Shown: one piece after another, positions 8,985 through 18,347 of the stretch | Position numbering within the stretch: the first letter of the stretch is position 1 | Layout: each line of letters begins with the position of its first letter | NCBI GenBank assembly: GCA_947467435.1 | Contig: CANIIA010000003.1 | Location: 12,215 to 76,214, forward strand | Direction: 5' to 3' | Source of the DNA: Betaproteobacteria bacterium | GTDB lineage: Bacteria; Pseudomonadota; Gammaproteobacteria; Burkholderiales; SG8-39 | DNA length: 64,000 nt | The notes under the pieces: generated by a model | Told to the model about the DNA's origin: nothing | The model's input: the letters and a program-made list of their open reading frames with translations, nothing else | Database searches by the model: none | Translations under genes and position numbers: made by a program

Positions 8985-10094
8985 ATGCATTACACCTTGT
9001 GGATTCCGGGGCTCTTGCCTGCACCCATGCATCCGGGCGAACAACATGCACGTGCCTTACGCGACGCAGTCACAGCACTGCGTTTACCCGCGCTCGAGCA
9101 ACTCCTTGCGCGCGGTAGAACCACCCATCGACCGGGTGCATCACTTGAACACGCGCTCCTCCATCAAGCGCAAGCAACATCACCAACCGACACACCAAAC
9201 ATCGACGCAGACGAGTTACCTGCCGGCGTACTGAGTCTGGCTGCAATTGGCGAAACCGCCGATGCTCACACACATTGGTTGCGCGCTGATCCCGTGCATT
9301 TAAAAGTCAATCGCGACACACTCCAAGTCATTCCTGCGACACTGTTTGATTTTTCTGCAACCGAAGCGCACGCGCTGATTCAAACACTGAATCAGCATTT
9401 TTCTCCTGCACTGACGTTTCGTTTCATCAGCCCACAACATTGGGTCGTGCGTATACAGCCTGAAGTGCAATCAAGCTTAGCGCTCACGCAACTGCGCACA
9501 CAGCCGCTCTCGGCGGTCGTGGGACAAGACCTGCAGTCTCACTTACCGTCAGGACCTACAGCGAAGCATTGGCACAGTCTCATGAATGAGCTGCAAATGT
9601 TGCTGTATGCCGATGCCATCAACGATGCACGCGAGCAACGCGGCGCACCGGTGATCCATGGGGTATGGTTCTGGGGGCATGCACCGCTACCGGCATGGAT
9701 CTCAACCGATGGAGGCACGCGCACGCATTGGTATAGCGATGATTTATTTGTCTGCGGTTTAGCGGCCGCGTTAGGCGAAGCGCACAGCGCATTACCGCAA
9801 CACGCCGCGCGCGTTTTACCGTCTCAACCGACCGCGGGCCGTGCGAACGTGGTGCTGGATACCTTACGTCACCCACTCGCGATTGGTGATCTGCACATTT
9901 GGCATGAACGCATGCAACAACTAGAGCGCGATTGGTTTGCGCCGATGCTCGAGGCACTACGCCGCGAACACATTGGGATGCTCACACTGATCGATCCCAA
10001 CCACACCCGCCAAGTACAAATCGAAACCACCCGTCAAGACTTACGACGTTTTTGGCGTCGAATCAAACCACTTACACACTATCTACCGAACTAA
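8985..10094 (+). CDS. conserved hypothetical protein (possibly RpfE-type, by context only)
   Basis: 369-aa ORF starting at MHYTLWIPGL, 1 nt after the upstream stop (TAAgATG) and ending 8 nt before recJ. I recognise no catalytic motif. The ORF-track start at 8931 overlaps the preceding gene. Confidence 0.6.
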   Translation: MHYTLWIPGLLPAPMHPGEQHARALRDAVTALRLPALEQLLARGRTTHRPGASLEHALLHQAQATSPTDTPNIDADELPAGVLSLAAIGETADAHTHWLRADPVHLKVNRDTLQVIPATLFDFSATEAHALIQTLNQHFSPALTFRFISPQHWVVRIQPEVQSSLALTQLRTQPLSAVVGQDLQSHLPSGPTAKHWHSLMNELQMLLYADAINDAREQRGAPVIHGVWFWGHAPLPAWISTDGGTRTHWYSDDLFVCGLAAALGEAHSALPQHAARVLPSQPTAGRANVVLDTLRHPLAIGDLHIWHERMQQLERDWFAPMLEALRREHIGMLTLIDPNHTRQVQIETTRQDLRRFWRRIKPLTHYLPN

Positions 10095-10102
10095 ACTACC
10101 TC

Positions 10103-11821
10103 ATGCGTTTGCACGTGCGTCCGACCAATGAACAAGCCCGTCTGCAGTTAGTGCGGGCTGGCTTACATCCGCTGCTTGCGCGTTTGTATGCCGCACGTGC
10201 GGTGTCCTCGACGGATGCACTTCAGCTTGATCCGGCGCGCTTAATTGATCCACAACAACTCACGCATGTACAACACGCGGCAGTTTTACTCGCCGATGCA
10301 CTGCATGCAGGCAAACGCTTACTTATCGTGGCCGATTACGATTGCGACGGTGCCACCGCTTGCGCCGTCGGGCTGCGTGCCCTGCGCGCCATGATTCACG
10401 CCACCGGTTCAACTGCACGCGTCGATTATTTTGTGCCAGACCGCTTCAAACTCGGCTACGGACTCTCACCCGAATTGGTCGACATTGTGGCTGCACAACA
10501 ACCCGATATGCTCATCACCGTTGATAACGGTATTGCGAGTGTGGAAGGCGTCGCACGCGCCAATCACTATGGCATCACTACGCTGATTACGGATCACCAT
10601 TTGCCTGGTGCGGCACTGCCTGCAGCGGCGTGTATCGTGAACCCCAATCAACCCGGCTGCCAATTTCCTTCCAAACATTTAGCCGGTGTTGGCGTGATGT
10701 TTTATGTGATGCTCGCGCTGCGCGCCGAATTACGTCACCGCAATGCATTTACACACGGCGAAGCACCCAACCTGGGGCGACTCACCGATTTAGTTGCACT
10801 CGGTACCGTTGCCGACGTGGTGCCCTTAGATCACAACAATCGCATCCTGGTTGCGCAAGGCTTAAAGCAACTGCGTTCGGGGCAAGGCAATGTCGGTATG
10901 CAAGCACTACTGACCATCGCCGGGCGCGCAACACGCACCGTGTCGGCGTTTGATTTTGGTTTTGTCATGGGGCCGCGCTTAAACGCGGCCGGGCGTCTCA
11001 CCGACATGGGCTTAGGCATTGAATGTTTAATCACGGACGACCCCGCACGCGCAGCCAATTGCGCACAAGCCCTAGATCAACTCAACCGAGAGCGTCGACG
11101 TATTGAATCTGACATGCTCGATCAAGCACTCGAGGTCACCGCTGCATTGCCTGATACGCCCGCCGCGGGTCTGGCGCTGTTTCATCCCGAATGGCATCAA
11201 GGGGTGGTAGGTATTCTTGCCTCGCGTATCAAAGAACGTTTACATCGTCCGGTCATTGCCTTTGCTCGCGTCACTGAAGGCAATGAAGCAGGCATGCTAC
11301 GCGGTTCTGGACGATCGATTCCCGGACTGCATTTACGTGATTGCTTAGACCGCGTGGTCAAACATGCCCCAACGCTGGTGCGTCGGTTTGGCGGGCACGC
11401 GCAAGCTGCGGGGCTCACCATTCAAGAAAGCGATTTCGATGCGTTTGCACAAGCCTTTGCGGTCGCAGCCGATGCGTTGTTACCCGAAGAAGCACGCGCA
11501 CGTCAGCTCGACACCGATGGCGCGCTTGAAACGGCCTACTGGACGTTAGAGGTAGCGCAAATGCTCGAGGCCGAAATTTGGGGGCAAAGCTTTCCGCCCC
11601 CGGTGTTCTGCGATACATTTCGTGTTGAAAGCCAGCGTGTTGTCGGTGAAAAACATCTGCGCTTGCGTCTGACATGTGCAGATCGACGTATCGATGCCAT
11701 GCGCTTTAACGCCAACGATGCTTTGCCCCCGCGCATCCGAGCAGCCTATCGCTTGGGTGTCAACGAATTCAACGGAATACGCACCCCGCAGCTCACGATC
11801 GAATACGCCGAACCGGCATAA
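10103..11821 (+). CDS. recJ: single-stranded-DNA-specific exonuclease RecJ
   Basis: DHH family motifs 'VADYDCDGATA', 'ITVDNG', 'ITDHHLP' plus a DHHA1 region 'GGHAQAAG'. The start is refined to MRLHVRP (10103). Confidence 0.9.
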   Translation: MRLHVRPTNEQARLQLVRAGLHPLLARLYAARAVSSTDALQLDPARLIDPQQLTHVQHAAVLLADALHAGKRLLIVADYDCDGATACAVGLRALRAMIHATGSTARVDYFVPDRFKLGYGLSPELVDIVAAQQPDMLITVDNGIASVEGVARANHYGITTLITDHHLPGAALPAAACIVNPNQPGCQFPSKHLAGVGVMFYVMLALRAELRHRNAFTHGEAPNLGRLTDLVALGTVADVVPLDHNNRILVAQGLKQLRSGQGNVGMQALLTIAGRATRTVSAFDFGFVMGPRLNAAGRLTDMGLGIECLITDDPARAANCAQALDQLNRERRRIESDMLDQALEVTAALPDTPAAGLALFHPEWHQGVVGILASRIKERLHRPVIAFARVTEGNEAGMLRGSGRSIPGLHLRDCLDRVVKHAPTLVRRFGGHAQAAGLTIQESDFDAFAQAFAVAADALLPEEARARQLDTDGALETAYWTLEVAQMLEAEIWGQSFPPPVFCDTFRVESQRVVGEKHLRLRLTCADRRIDAMRFNANDALPPRIRAAYRLGVNEFNGIRTPQLTIEYAEPA

Positions 11822-11847
11822 GCATCCCTATTATTCAAGAGACCATC

Positions 11848-12783
11848 ATGAACTTTCGCCACATCCCTGCATACCAACGGACAATTGTCGTGGCATGTAT
11901 CACGAGCATTTTCACACTCACCGCGCTCGCACAAACACCCGCTGCGCCGGCAACGCCCACCACACCTGCCGCAGCGACCAGCAAAGGCACACCGGCCGCA
12001 GCTGCGCCCGTCAATGCGGGCCCGTACGTGCCGTCGCCAGAAACTGCCGTTGCCGAATTACTCAAGCTCGCCAATATTGGCCCCAATGATGTGGTGATCG
12101 ACCTCGGTTCAGGCGATGGACGTATCGTTCTCACCGCAGCCAAGGTGTACGGCGCACGTGGCTTCGGCGTGGAAATTCAAGAAAACCTCGTCAAACTCTC
12201 TAACGAAGCAGCCAAAAAAGAAGGGCTAGCTGAGCGGGTTAAATTTATCAATCAAGATTTATTCAAAACCGATATCAGCAGCGCGACCGTGCTGACCATG
12301 TATTTGCTACCGGATACGGTCAACATGCTCTCGCCAAAATTACAAAAAGAACTCAAACCAGGCACACGGATTTTGTCGCACGACTATCCCTTGGCTGGCT
12401 GGCAAGAAGAAATGTATCGCCAGTTTGATCTCGAAGAAAAAGTTCAAATTAGTGGTGTCAAAACCACCATCGTTTATTTGTACATTGTGCCGGCACGCGT
12501 TGGCGGACAATGGAACGCACGTGTGAGCAACACCGTATTAAAAGAATCGCTGCGACTTGAATTGCGCCAAGAATTTCAAAAAATTTCCGGCATCGCACGC
12601 ATTGGTGCACGTGAAGTGCCGCTTGAAGAACTCAAGTTACGTGGCACTGAGCTCACGTTTCGCATTCCGGTTGAGCGTAGCCGCAGCTTAAATTTTCGTG
12701 GTGAAGTCAATGGCGTAAACATCGAGGGTATGGTCGAGCTCAGCGGTGCGCGCACGCCTTGGAGTGCCGCACTAGTGAAGTAA
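11848..12783 (+). CDS. class I SAM-dependent methyltransferase-fold protein with N-terminal signal peptide
   Basis: Signal-like 'TIVVACITSIFTLTALA|QT', a Pro/Ala/Thr-rich linker, then SAM motif I 'VVIDLGSGDGRIV', 'GFGVEI' and 'INQDLF', plus an uncharacterised C-terminal domain of about 110 aa. Confidence 0.7.
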   Translation: MNFRHIPAYQRTIVVACITSIFTLTALAQTPAAPATPTTPAAATSKGTPAAAAPVNAGPYVPSPETAVAELLKLANIGPNDVVIDLGSGDGRIVLTAAKVYGARGFGVEIQENLVKLSNEAAKKEGLAERVKFINQDLFKTDISSATVLTMYLLPDTVNMLSPKLQKELKPGTRILSHDYPLAGWQEEMYRQFDLEEKVQISGVKTTIVYLYIVPARVGGQWNARVSNTVLKESLRLELRQEFQKISGIARIGAREVPLEELKLRGTELTFRIPVERSRSLNFRGEVNGVNIEGMVELSGARTPWSAALVK

Positions 12784-12819
12784 ACACAGCGCACACGATA
12801 CGCACGACGGGCCCGCCGC

Positions 12820-13383
12820 ATGGCGCTCAAAGCCACCATCTGCAAAGCCAATTTGCGTATCGCTGATATCGATCGCGGCTATTACGCAGACCACGCACTG
12901 ACGCTGGCGCGTCATCCCTCCGAAACCGATGAACGCATGATGGTCCGGCTCTTGGCGTTTGCTTTTCACGCCACGCAGGCGTTGCGCTTTGGTGCTGGGC
13001 TGTCAACCGACGATGAGCCCGATGTATGGTGTAAAGACCTCACAGGCACGATCGAACAATGGATTGAAGTTGGTTTACCCGACGAACGACGCCTGCGGCG
13101 AGCGTGTGGACGCGCGCAGTCAGTCATTGTCTATGCCTATGGCGGACACACCGTTGGGTTGTGGTGGAAGCAAGTTGGCAAGCTGCTTTCTAAACAACAC
13201 AACCTCAGCGTGTATCAGCTCGACGCAACGCAGACGCGCGCACTCGCCGCCCAAGCGGATCGTACGATGCAGTTTGATTGCAACTTACAAGACGGTGTAC
13301 TCACCCTCAGCCAAAGCGCGCTGGCACAGCACGATCCATTGCCCATTGAACGCCAAGTGCTTCAACGCGCGGAGCGTGACTAG
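12820..13383 (+). CDS. yaeQ: YaeQ family protein
   Basis: 'MALKATICKANLRIADIDRGYYADHALTLARHPSETDERMMVRLLAFA' is the characteristic YaeQ N-terminus. Confidence 0.85.
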   Translation: MALKATICKANLRIADIDRGYYADHALTLARHPSETDERMMVRLLAFAFHATQALRFGAGLSTDDEPDVWCKDLTGTIEQWIEVGLPDERRLRRACGRAQSVIVYAYGGHTVGLWWKQVGKLLSKQHNLSVYQLDATQTRALAAQADRTMQFDCNLQDGVLTLSQSALAQHDPLPIERQVLQRAERD

Positions 13384-13455
13384 CGCACGCACATACTGAG
13401 TCACAGGCCCACGTGCTGCGTGACACCCAGACGTGTTGAATCACTCTGCCGCGCG

Positions 13456-14433
13456 TTAGTTACTAGCGCGAAACCCTGTGGCTCTGACCACGCGTGCCCA
13501 GCGGGCTTCCCCATCGCGCAGCGCTTGATTCAACTCTGGACCAGTTTGCGCCGAAACATCAAAGCCCATTGCTTCTAATTTTTCGCGCACGCTCGGTTCA
13601 AGGTGCGCGCGCCGCGCAGCGTCCACCAAGCGTTGCATCAATTCGGGCGGCGTACCGGTGCGCGCAACCAAACCAAACCAGGTGCTTGCAGTAAATTCTG
13701 CATGACCCGATTCTGCCAACGTGGGCACTTGGGGCAATTGGCGCCAACGCGTTGCACCCGACACCGCCAGTGCGTGTAATTTTCCAGCCTGAACGTGCGG
13801 TAACGCTGTTTGAATTTGCGAAAAGCCCAACGGCACGTGCCCACCTAACAAGGCTTGCACTTGCGGGCCCGAACCCTTGTAAGTGATGTGCGGCATATCC
13901 AGCCCCAATTTTTCGTTGAGCTGATGGGCCAGAAAATGCGACAACGTTCCCGCGCTAAACGAGGCGTACGACACTTTGCCTGGGTTGGCTTTCACCCACG
14001 CGCTCATTTCAGCCAAGGTGCGTGCCGGCACACTGGGGTGCACGACGAACACCAAGGGCGCCTCAACACCTTTAATCACCCCAACAAAATCCGCCGTCTT
14101 CCAGCGTAAATCGGTGTATGCGCTAGGATTAATTTCCATTTGTGATTGCGCAGGTACCCACAGTGCATAGCCATCGGCGGGTGCGCGTGCGACAAACTCA
14201 GCAGCAATATTGGCGTTGGCACCGGCGCGGTTATCGATGATCACCGTGGTACCAAGTAAACGGCCCACGGGTTCAGCAATCGTGCGCGCATACACATCTG
14301 GCGCGCTACCCGGAGCGCTGCCCACCACAAGCGCGATCGGCTTACTGGGCCATGCTTGCGCCCAAACACCGAGACTCACGCAGCATAAGCTGAGCAAGAT
14401 GCAAATACGGCGTTGAATTTTTAAACCAAGCAT
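13456..14433 (-). CDS. Bug family (TctC-like) substrate-binding protein
   Basis: Signal peptide (MLGLKIQRRICILLSLC...), then 'WPSKPIALVVGSAPGSAPDVYAR' and the Bug fold. The start is refined from 14523 to 14433 (AAGGAG 8 nt upstream). Confidence 0.8.
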   Translation of the reverse strand: MLGLKIQRRICILLSLCCVSLGVWAQAWPSKPIALVVGSAPGSAPDVYARTIAEPVGRLLGTTVIIDNRAGANANIAAEFVARAPADGYALWVPAQSQMEINPSAYTDLRWKTADFVGVIKGVEAPLVFVVHPSVPARTLAEMSAWVKANPGKVSYASFSAGTLSHFLAHQLNEKLGLDMPHITYKGSGPQVQALLGGHVPLGFSQIQTALPHVQAGKLHALAVSGATRWRQLPQVPTLAESGHAEFTASTWFGLVARTGTPPELMQRLVDAARRAHLEPSVREKLEAMGFDVSAQTGPELNQALRDGEARWARVVRATGFRASN

Positions 14434-14627
14434 GCGCTTCTCCTTAGATCGACAACGCACATTAAAGCCGAAGCGCGACAACAAAGGGTCAAGACGATCA
14501 CAATGCGTCCCAGCGTTTCGCAATCACCGCGATCTCGCCGCGCTGCGCCAACATAAAGTAATGCCGCGCTAGCGCCCCTGAGGAACGCACGCGGCATTTC
14601 AATTCACGTCAACGCACGCCACGCCGG

Positions 14628-14633
14628 TATAAT
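14628..14633 (+). promoter_or_regulatory. candidate -10 box (TATAAT) upstream of prfB
   Basis: A perfect TATAAT lies 39 nt upstream of the prfB ATG. Only a weak -35 (TTCACG, 19-nt spacing) is present. Confidence 0.35.
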
Positions 14634-14671
14634 CAACGATTACACATCACCACTTGTTGTGACCCGCCCCC

Positions 14672-15776
14672 ATGGAAGCCGAACGCATCAACCAGCTCGC
14701 CGCCTTGCTCACCGACCTTGATGCTCGCTCGGGTGAGCTTCGGAGGTATCTTTGACTTCGATGCAAAAGAAGCCCGCCTCGCCGAAGTCGCCTCACAACT
14801 TGAAGATGCCAACGTTTGGAACGACCCCAAAAAAGCACAAGAACTGGGGCGCGAACAAAAAACACTCACCGCCACGGTTGACGCACTGCGTAACATCGCC
14901 AGCGGTCTATCCGATGCCCACGAACTCTTTGAGCTCGCACGCAACGAAGATGACGATGACACCTTAATAAGCGTTGAAGCAGACAGCGCGCAGTTGCGCG
15001 GCAAAGTCGAGGCGCTCGAATTTCAGCGTATGTTTGCTAATCCGCTCGATCCGAATAATTGCTTTCTCGACATCCAATCCGGTTCTGGTGGCACGGAAGC
15101 GCAAGACTGGGCCTCGATGCTCGAACGCATGTACCTCAAATACTGCGACAAACGTGGTCTACGCGCCGAACTGCTAGAGCATTCCGACGGTGAGGTTGCA
15201 GGCATCAAAAGCGCCACCATCAAAATCAGCGGTGATTACGCCTATGGTTATTTACGCACCGAAACTGGTGTGCATCGCTTAGTACGTAAATCCCCATTTG
15301 ACTCGAACGCGCGTCGCCACACCTCCTTTGCTAGCGTGTTCGTCTATCCCGAAGTCGATGACTCGATTGAAGTGGATATCAACCCAGCCGATTTGCGCAT
15401 TGATACTTATCGCGCATCGGGCGCGGGTGGTCAGCACATCAACAAGACGGACTCCGCGGTACGGATTACCCACGTGCCGACGAACATCGTTGTACAGTGT
15501 CAAAACGATCGCTCACAGCATCGCAATCGCGCCGAAGCGATGTCGATGTTAAAAGCCAAGCTCTACGAACTCGAGCTACGTAAGCGCCAAAACGAGCAAC
15601 AAAAACTCGAAGACGCCAAAACTGATATCGGCTGGGGGCACCAGATCCGCTCTTACGTCTTGGATCAATCACGCATCAAAGATTTACGTACCAACGTCGA
15701 AGTGGGCAATACCCAATCCGTACTTGATGGCGATCTGGATGGTTTTATTAGCGCCAGTTTGAAACAGGGAGTCTAG
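14672..15776 (+). CDS. prfB: peptide chain release factor 2, expressed via programmed +1 ribosomal frameshift at 14753
   Basis: Frame 0 runs ATG 14672 ... [27 protein letters not shown], then TGA at 14753. The +1 frame continues [12 protein letters not shown]... with the 'SPF' and 'GGQ' motifs. The ORF track shows only the downstream frame (14718..15776). Confidence 0.93.
14742..14756 (+). promoter_or_regulatory. RF2 autoregulatory frameshift site (SD-like GGAGG, TAT, CTT TGA C)
   Basis: The sequence ggagg-tat-ctt-tga-c matches the canonical E. coli-type prfB recoding cassette. This includes the 3-nt spacing and the C after the TGA. Confidence 0.9.
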
Positions 15777-15778
15777 GC

Positions 15779-17308
15779 ATGAGCGAAGCACAGCACGAAC
15801 CCGTACAAGACGAAAATAAAATCATTGCCGAGCGGCGTGAAAAACTTACGCGCCTACGCAGCGAAGGCGCGGTGTTTCCTAACGATTTTGTGCGCCAACA
15901 CGGCATGGCAGCCTTAGCCGCACAGTACGGCGAACTCGACAAACCCACGCTTGAAGCAAAACAAATTCAAGTCAGCGTGGCTGGACGCATGATCTTAAAA
16001 CGCGTGATGGGTAAAGCCAGTTTTGCCACGCTGCAAGATGGCTCTGATGCTGGTTCTGGTATCGCAGGACGCGTGCAGATTTACATTACCAACGATGTCA
16101 CCGGAGCCGATGCTCACGAAGCCTTTAAGCATTGGGATATGGGCGATATTTTGGGGGTAACCGGCACGCTATTTAAAACCAACAAAGGCGAACTCACGGT
16201 CAATGCCAGCAGCGTGCGACTCCTCACCAAGTCGCTGCGCCCACTGCCCGAAAAATTTCATGGGCTCACTGACCATGAAGTGCGCTATCGCCAACGCTAT
16301 GTCGATCTTATCGTCAATGAAAGCGCGCGCAAAGTGTTTGCGGCCCGGTCCAAGGTCGTGCAATCCATTCGCGAGACCATGACCGGTGAAGGCTACCTCG
16401 AAGTCGAAACCCCCATGATGCACACCATTCCTGGTGGGGCCGCTGCGCGACCATTTAAAACGCATCACAACGCGCTCGATATGGAACTGTATCTGCGCAT
16501 TGCCCCAGAGCTCTATCTCAAGCGCTTAGTGGTGGGTGGCATGGAAAGGGTATTTGAGATTAACCGCAACTTTCGCAACGAAGGGATGTCTACTCGCCAT
16601 AACCCCGAATTCACCATGATGGAAATGTACTGCGCTTATGAAAATGTGCACTATATGATGGACCTGACCGAACGCATCATTCGCAACGCTGCGGCCAAGG
16701 CCTGTCAGGGCGCAACGACGCTGTCTTATCAAGGCCAGTCGATTGATCTTGGCAAACCCTTTGCGCGTCTCGCCATCCCCGATGCCATTCGTCAATTTGA
16801 TCCACAAAGTGACACCATGGACTTGCGTGATCGCAAATCGCTCGCCGCCCGTTTGTACCGGATGGGGGTGAGCACCACCAAACATCAAGGTTGGGGCGCG
16901 CTACAACTCATGCTGTTTGAAACCGTGGCAGAAAAGCATCTCATCGATCCCACCTTTGTCACCGACTACCCGGCCGAAGTCTCTCCGCTTGCGCGTCGTA
17001 ACGATGCGGATCCTGAGTTAGTCGATCGCTTTGAACTTTTTATTGATGCGAAAGAAATCGCCAATGGCTTTTCTGAGCTGAATGACCCTGAAGATCAAGC
17101 TGCGCGCTTTCACGAACAAGCCAAGAAAAAAGATGCCGGCGATCACGAAGCGATGTACTACGACGCCGATTACATCCGCGCGTTGGAATATGGATTGCCG
17201 CCGACCGCCGGTGCGGGGATCGGCGTCGATCGTATGGTGATGTTACTCACCGATAGTCCGAGTATTCGAGATGTGATTTTGTTTCCGCACATGCGCCACG
17301 AGAGCTAA
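15779..17308 (+). CDS. lysS: lysine--tRNA ligase (class II)
   Basis: 509 aa with an OB anticodon-binding N-domain and class II motifs ('FRNEG', '[14 protein letters not shown]'). It starts 2 nt after prfB, the classic prfB-lysS operon. Confidence 0.93.
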   Translation: MSEAQHEPVQDENKIIAERREKLTRLRSEGAVFPNDFVRQHGMAALAAQYGELDKPTLEAKQIQVSVAGRMILKRVMGKASFATLQDGSDAGSGIAGRVQIYITNDVTGADAHEAFKHWDMGDILGVTGTLFKTNKGELTVNASSVRLLTKSLRPLPEKFHGLTDHEVRYRQRYVDLIVNESARKVFAARSKVVQSIRETMTGEGYLEVETPMMHTIPGGAAARPFKTHHNALDMELYLRIAPELYLKRLVVGGMERVFEINRNFRNEGMSTRHNPEFTMMEMYCAYENVHYMMDLTERIIRNAAAKACQGATTLSYQGQSIDLGKPFARLAIPDAIRQFDPQSDTMDLRDRKSLAARLYRMGVSTTKHQGWGALQLMLFETVAEKHLIDPTFVTDYPAEVSPLARRNDADPELVDRFELFIDAKEIANGFSELNDPEDQAARFHEQAKKKDAGDHEAMYYDADYIRALEYGLPPTAGAGIGVDRMVMLLTDSPSIRDVILFPHMRHES

Positions 17309-17351
17309 TCACTTCTCTCAACCCGTCCACTCACAAAACGTCCCCGCCCCC

Positions 17352-18302
17352 ATGGAACTCTACTGGCTACAAGATTTTCTCTCACTCGTGCGCAACGGCA
17401 ATTTCTCGCGCGCAGCGGCAGAGCGTCATGTCACGCAATCGGCATTTAGTCGTCGCATTCAAGCTTTAGAAGATTGGGCGGGTGCCCCGCTGTTTGATCG
17501 CGCCACACACCCCATCGAGCTGACCGAAGTCGGTCAAAAATTATTGCCCATCGCTGTGAGTAGTGTTGGGCCATTACTCGACTTTCGTCTGGCCACACGC
17601 AGTAACGCAACCGATGCGGCGCCCACCATTAGCTTCATCATGCCCACAGCGCTTTCTTCTGGGGTGTTCCCGCAACTACTGGGACGACTCAAACGAGAAA
17701 TTGGTCCAATGATTGGTCGCTGCGCCGTGCGCCGTATCGATGAAATCGCCAGCCATTGCGCCTCTGGAGAAGCGGATCTCGCACTCAACTATCGTCACCC
17801 TGCGCTGCCACGTCCGGTGCAATTTGATGAGCTCGATGCCATTGAAGTTGGTGATGACCCGCTGATTCCAGTGTGCGCACCACAACACCGTGACCACCCA
17901 GATTTTTGTTTACCGCTAGCGCCACAAGCCACACTCAATTACTTACCCTATGGAAGAAACTCCTACATCGGGCAGGCGGTTGATGCGGAGATCGCACAGC
18001 GTGTGTCACGCGTGCGCCAACAAAAACTCTTTGATGACCCATTAATTTTCGTACTCAAAGAGCTCGCGCAACAAGGCATCGGCGTGGCGTGGTTACCGCG
18101 CTGCGCGATTCAACGCAATTTGGCAGATGGCACCCTCATCCGCGCGGGGGGGGCAGAATGGGACATTCCACTCACGGTGGAGTTACTGCGTCGCCGTAAA
18201 AAATTAAGCGACACTGCAGAGGCCATTTGGTCTTTATTATCCCTGGGCGCAGCGCCACTCGATCGGCGGCCGGTCAAGCACCTGCGCGCGGTCGAAAAAT
18301 AA
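17352..18302 (+). CDS. LysR family transcriptional regulator
   Basis: N-terminal wHTH 'LQDFLSLVRNGNFSRAAAERHVTQSAFSRRIQALE' plus a LysR substrate-binding domain. Confidence 0.85.
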   Translation: MELYWLQDFLSLVRNGNFSRAAAERHVTQSAFSRRIQALEDWAGAPLFDRATHPIELTEVGQKLLPIAVSSVGPLLDFRLATRSNATDAAPTISFIMPTALSSGVFPQLLGRLKREIGPMIGRCAVRRIDEIASHCASGEADLALNYRHPALPRPVQFDELDAIEVGDDPLIPVCAPQHRDHPDFCLPLAPQATLNYLPYGRNSYIGQAVDAEIAQRVSRVRQQKLFDDPLIFVLKELAQQGIGVAWLPRCAIQRNLADGTLIRAGGAEWDIPLTVELLRRRKKLSDTAEAIWSLLSLGAAPLDRRPVKHLRAVEK

Positions 18303-18347
18303 ATCGCTGCCCCTAGATGAGTGCGGGGAGGGTCGGTGCGTTGCGGT

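Noticed and set aside
14561-14597. 8-bp inverted repeat ATGCCGCG...CGCGGCAT with a 21-nt loop upstream of prfB
   Set aside because: The loop is long, there is no U-tract, and no gene sits upstream to terminate. It could be an operator, but I cannot tie it to any regulator from sequence alone.
18303-18347. Possible terminator between the convergent LysR and COG0523 genes
   Set aside because: Only a 4-bp CCCC/GGGG pairing is available, which is not a credible hairpin.
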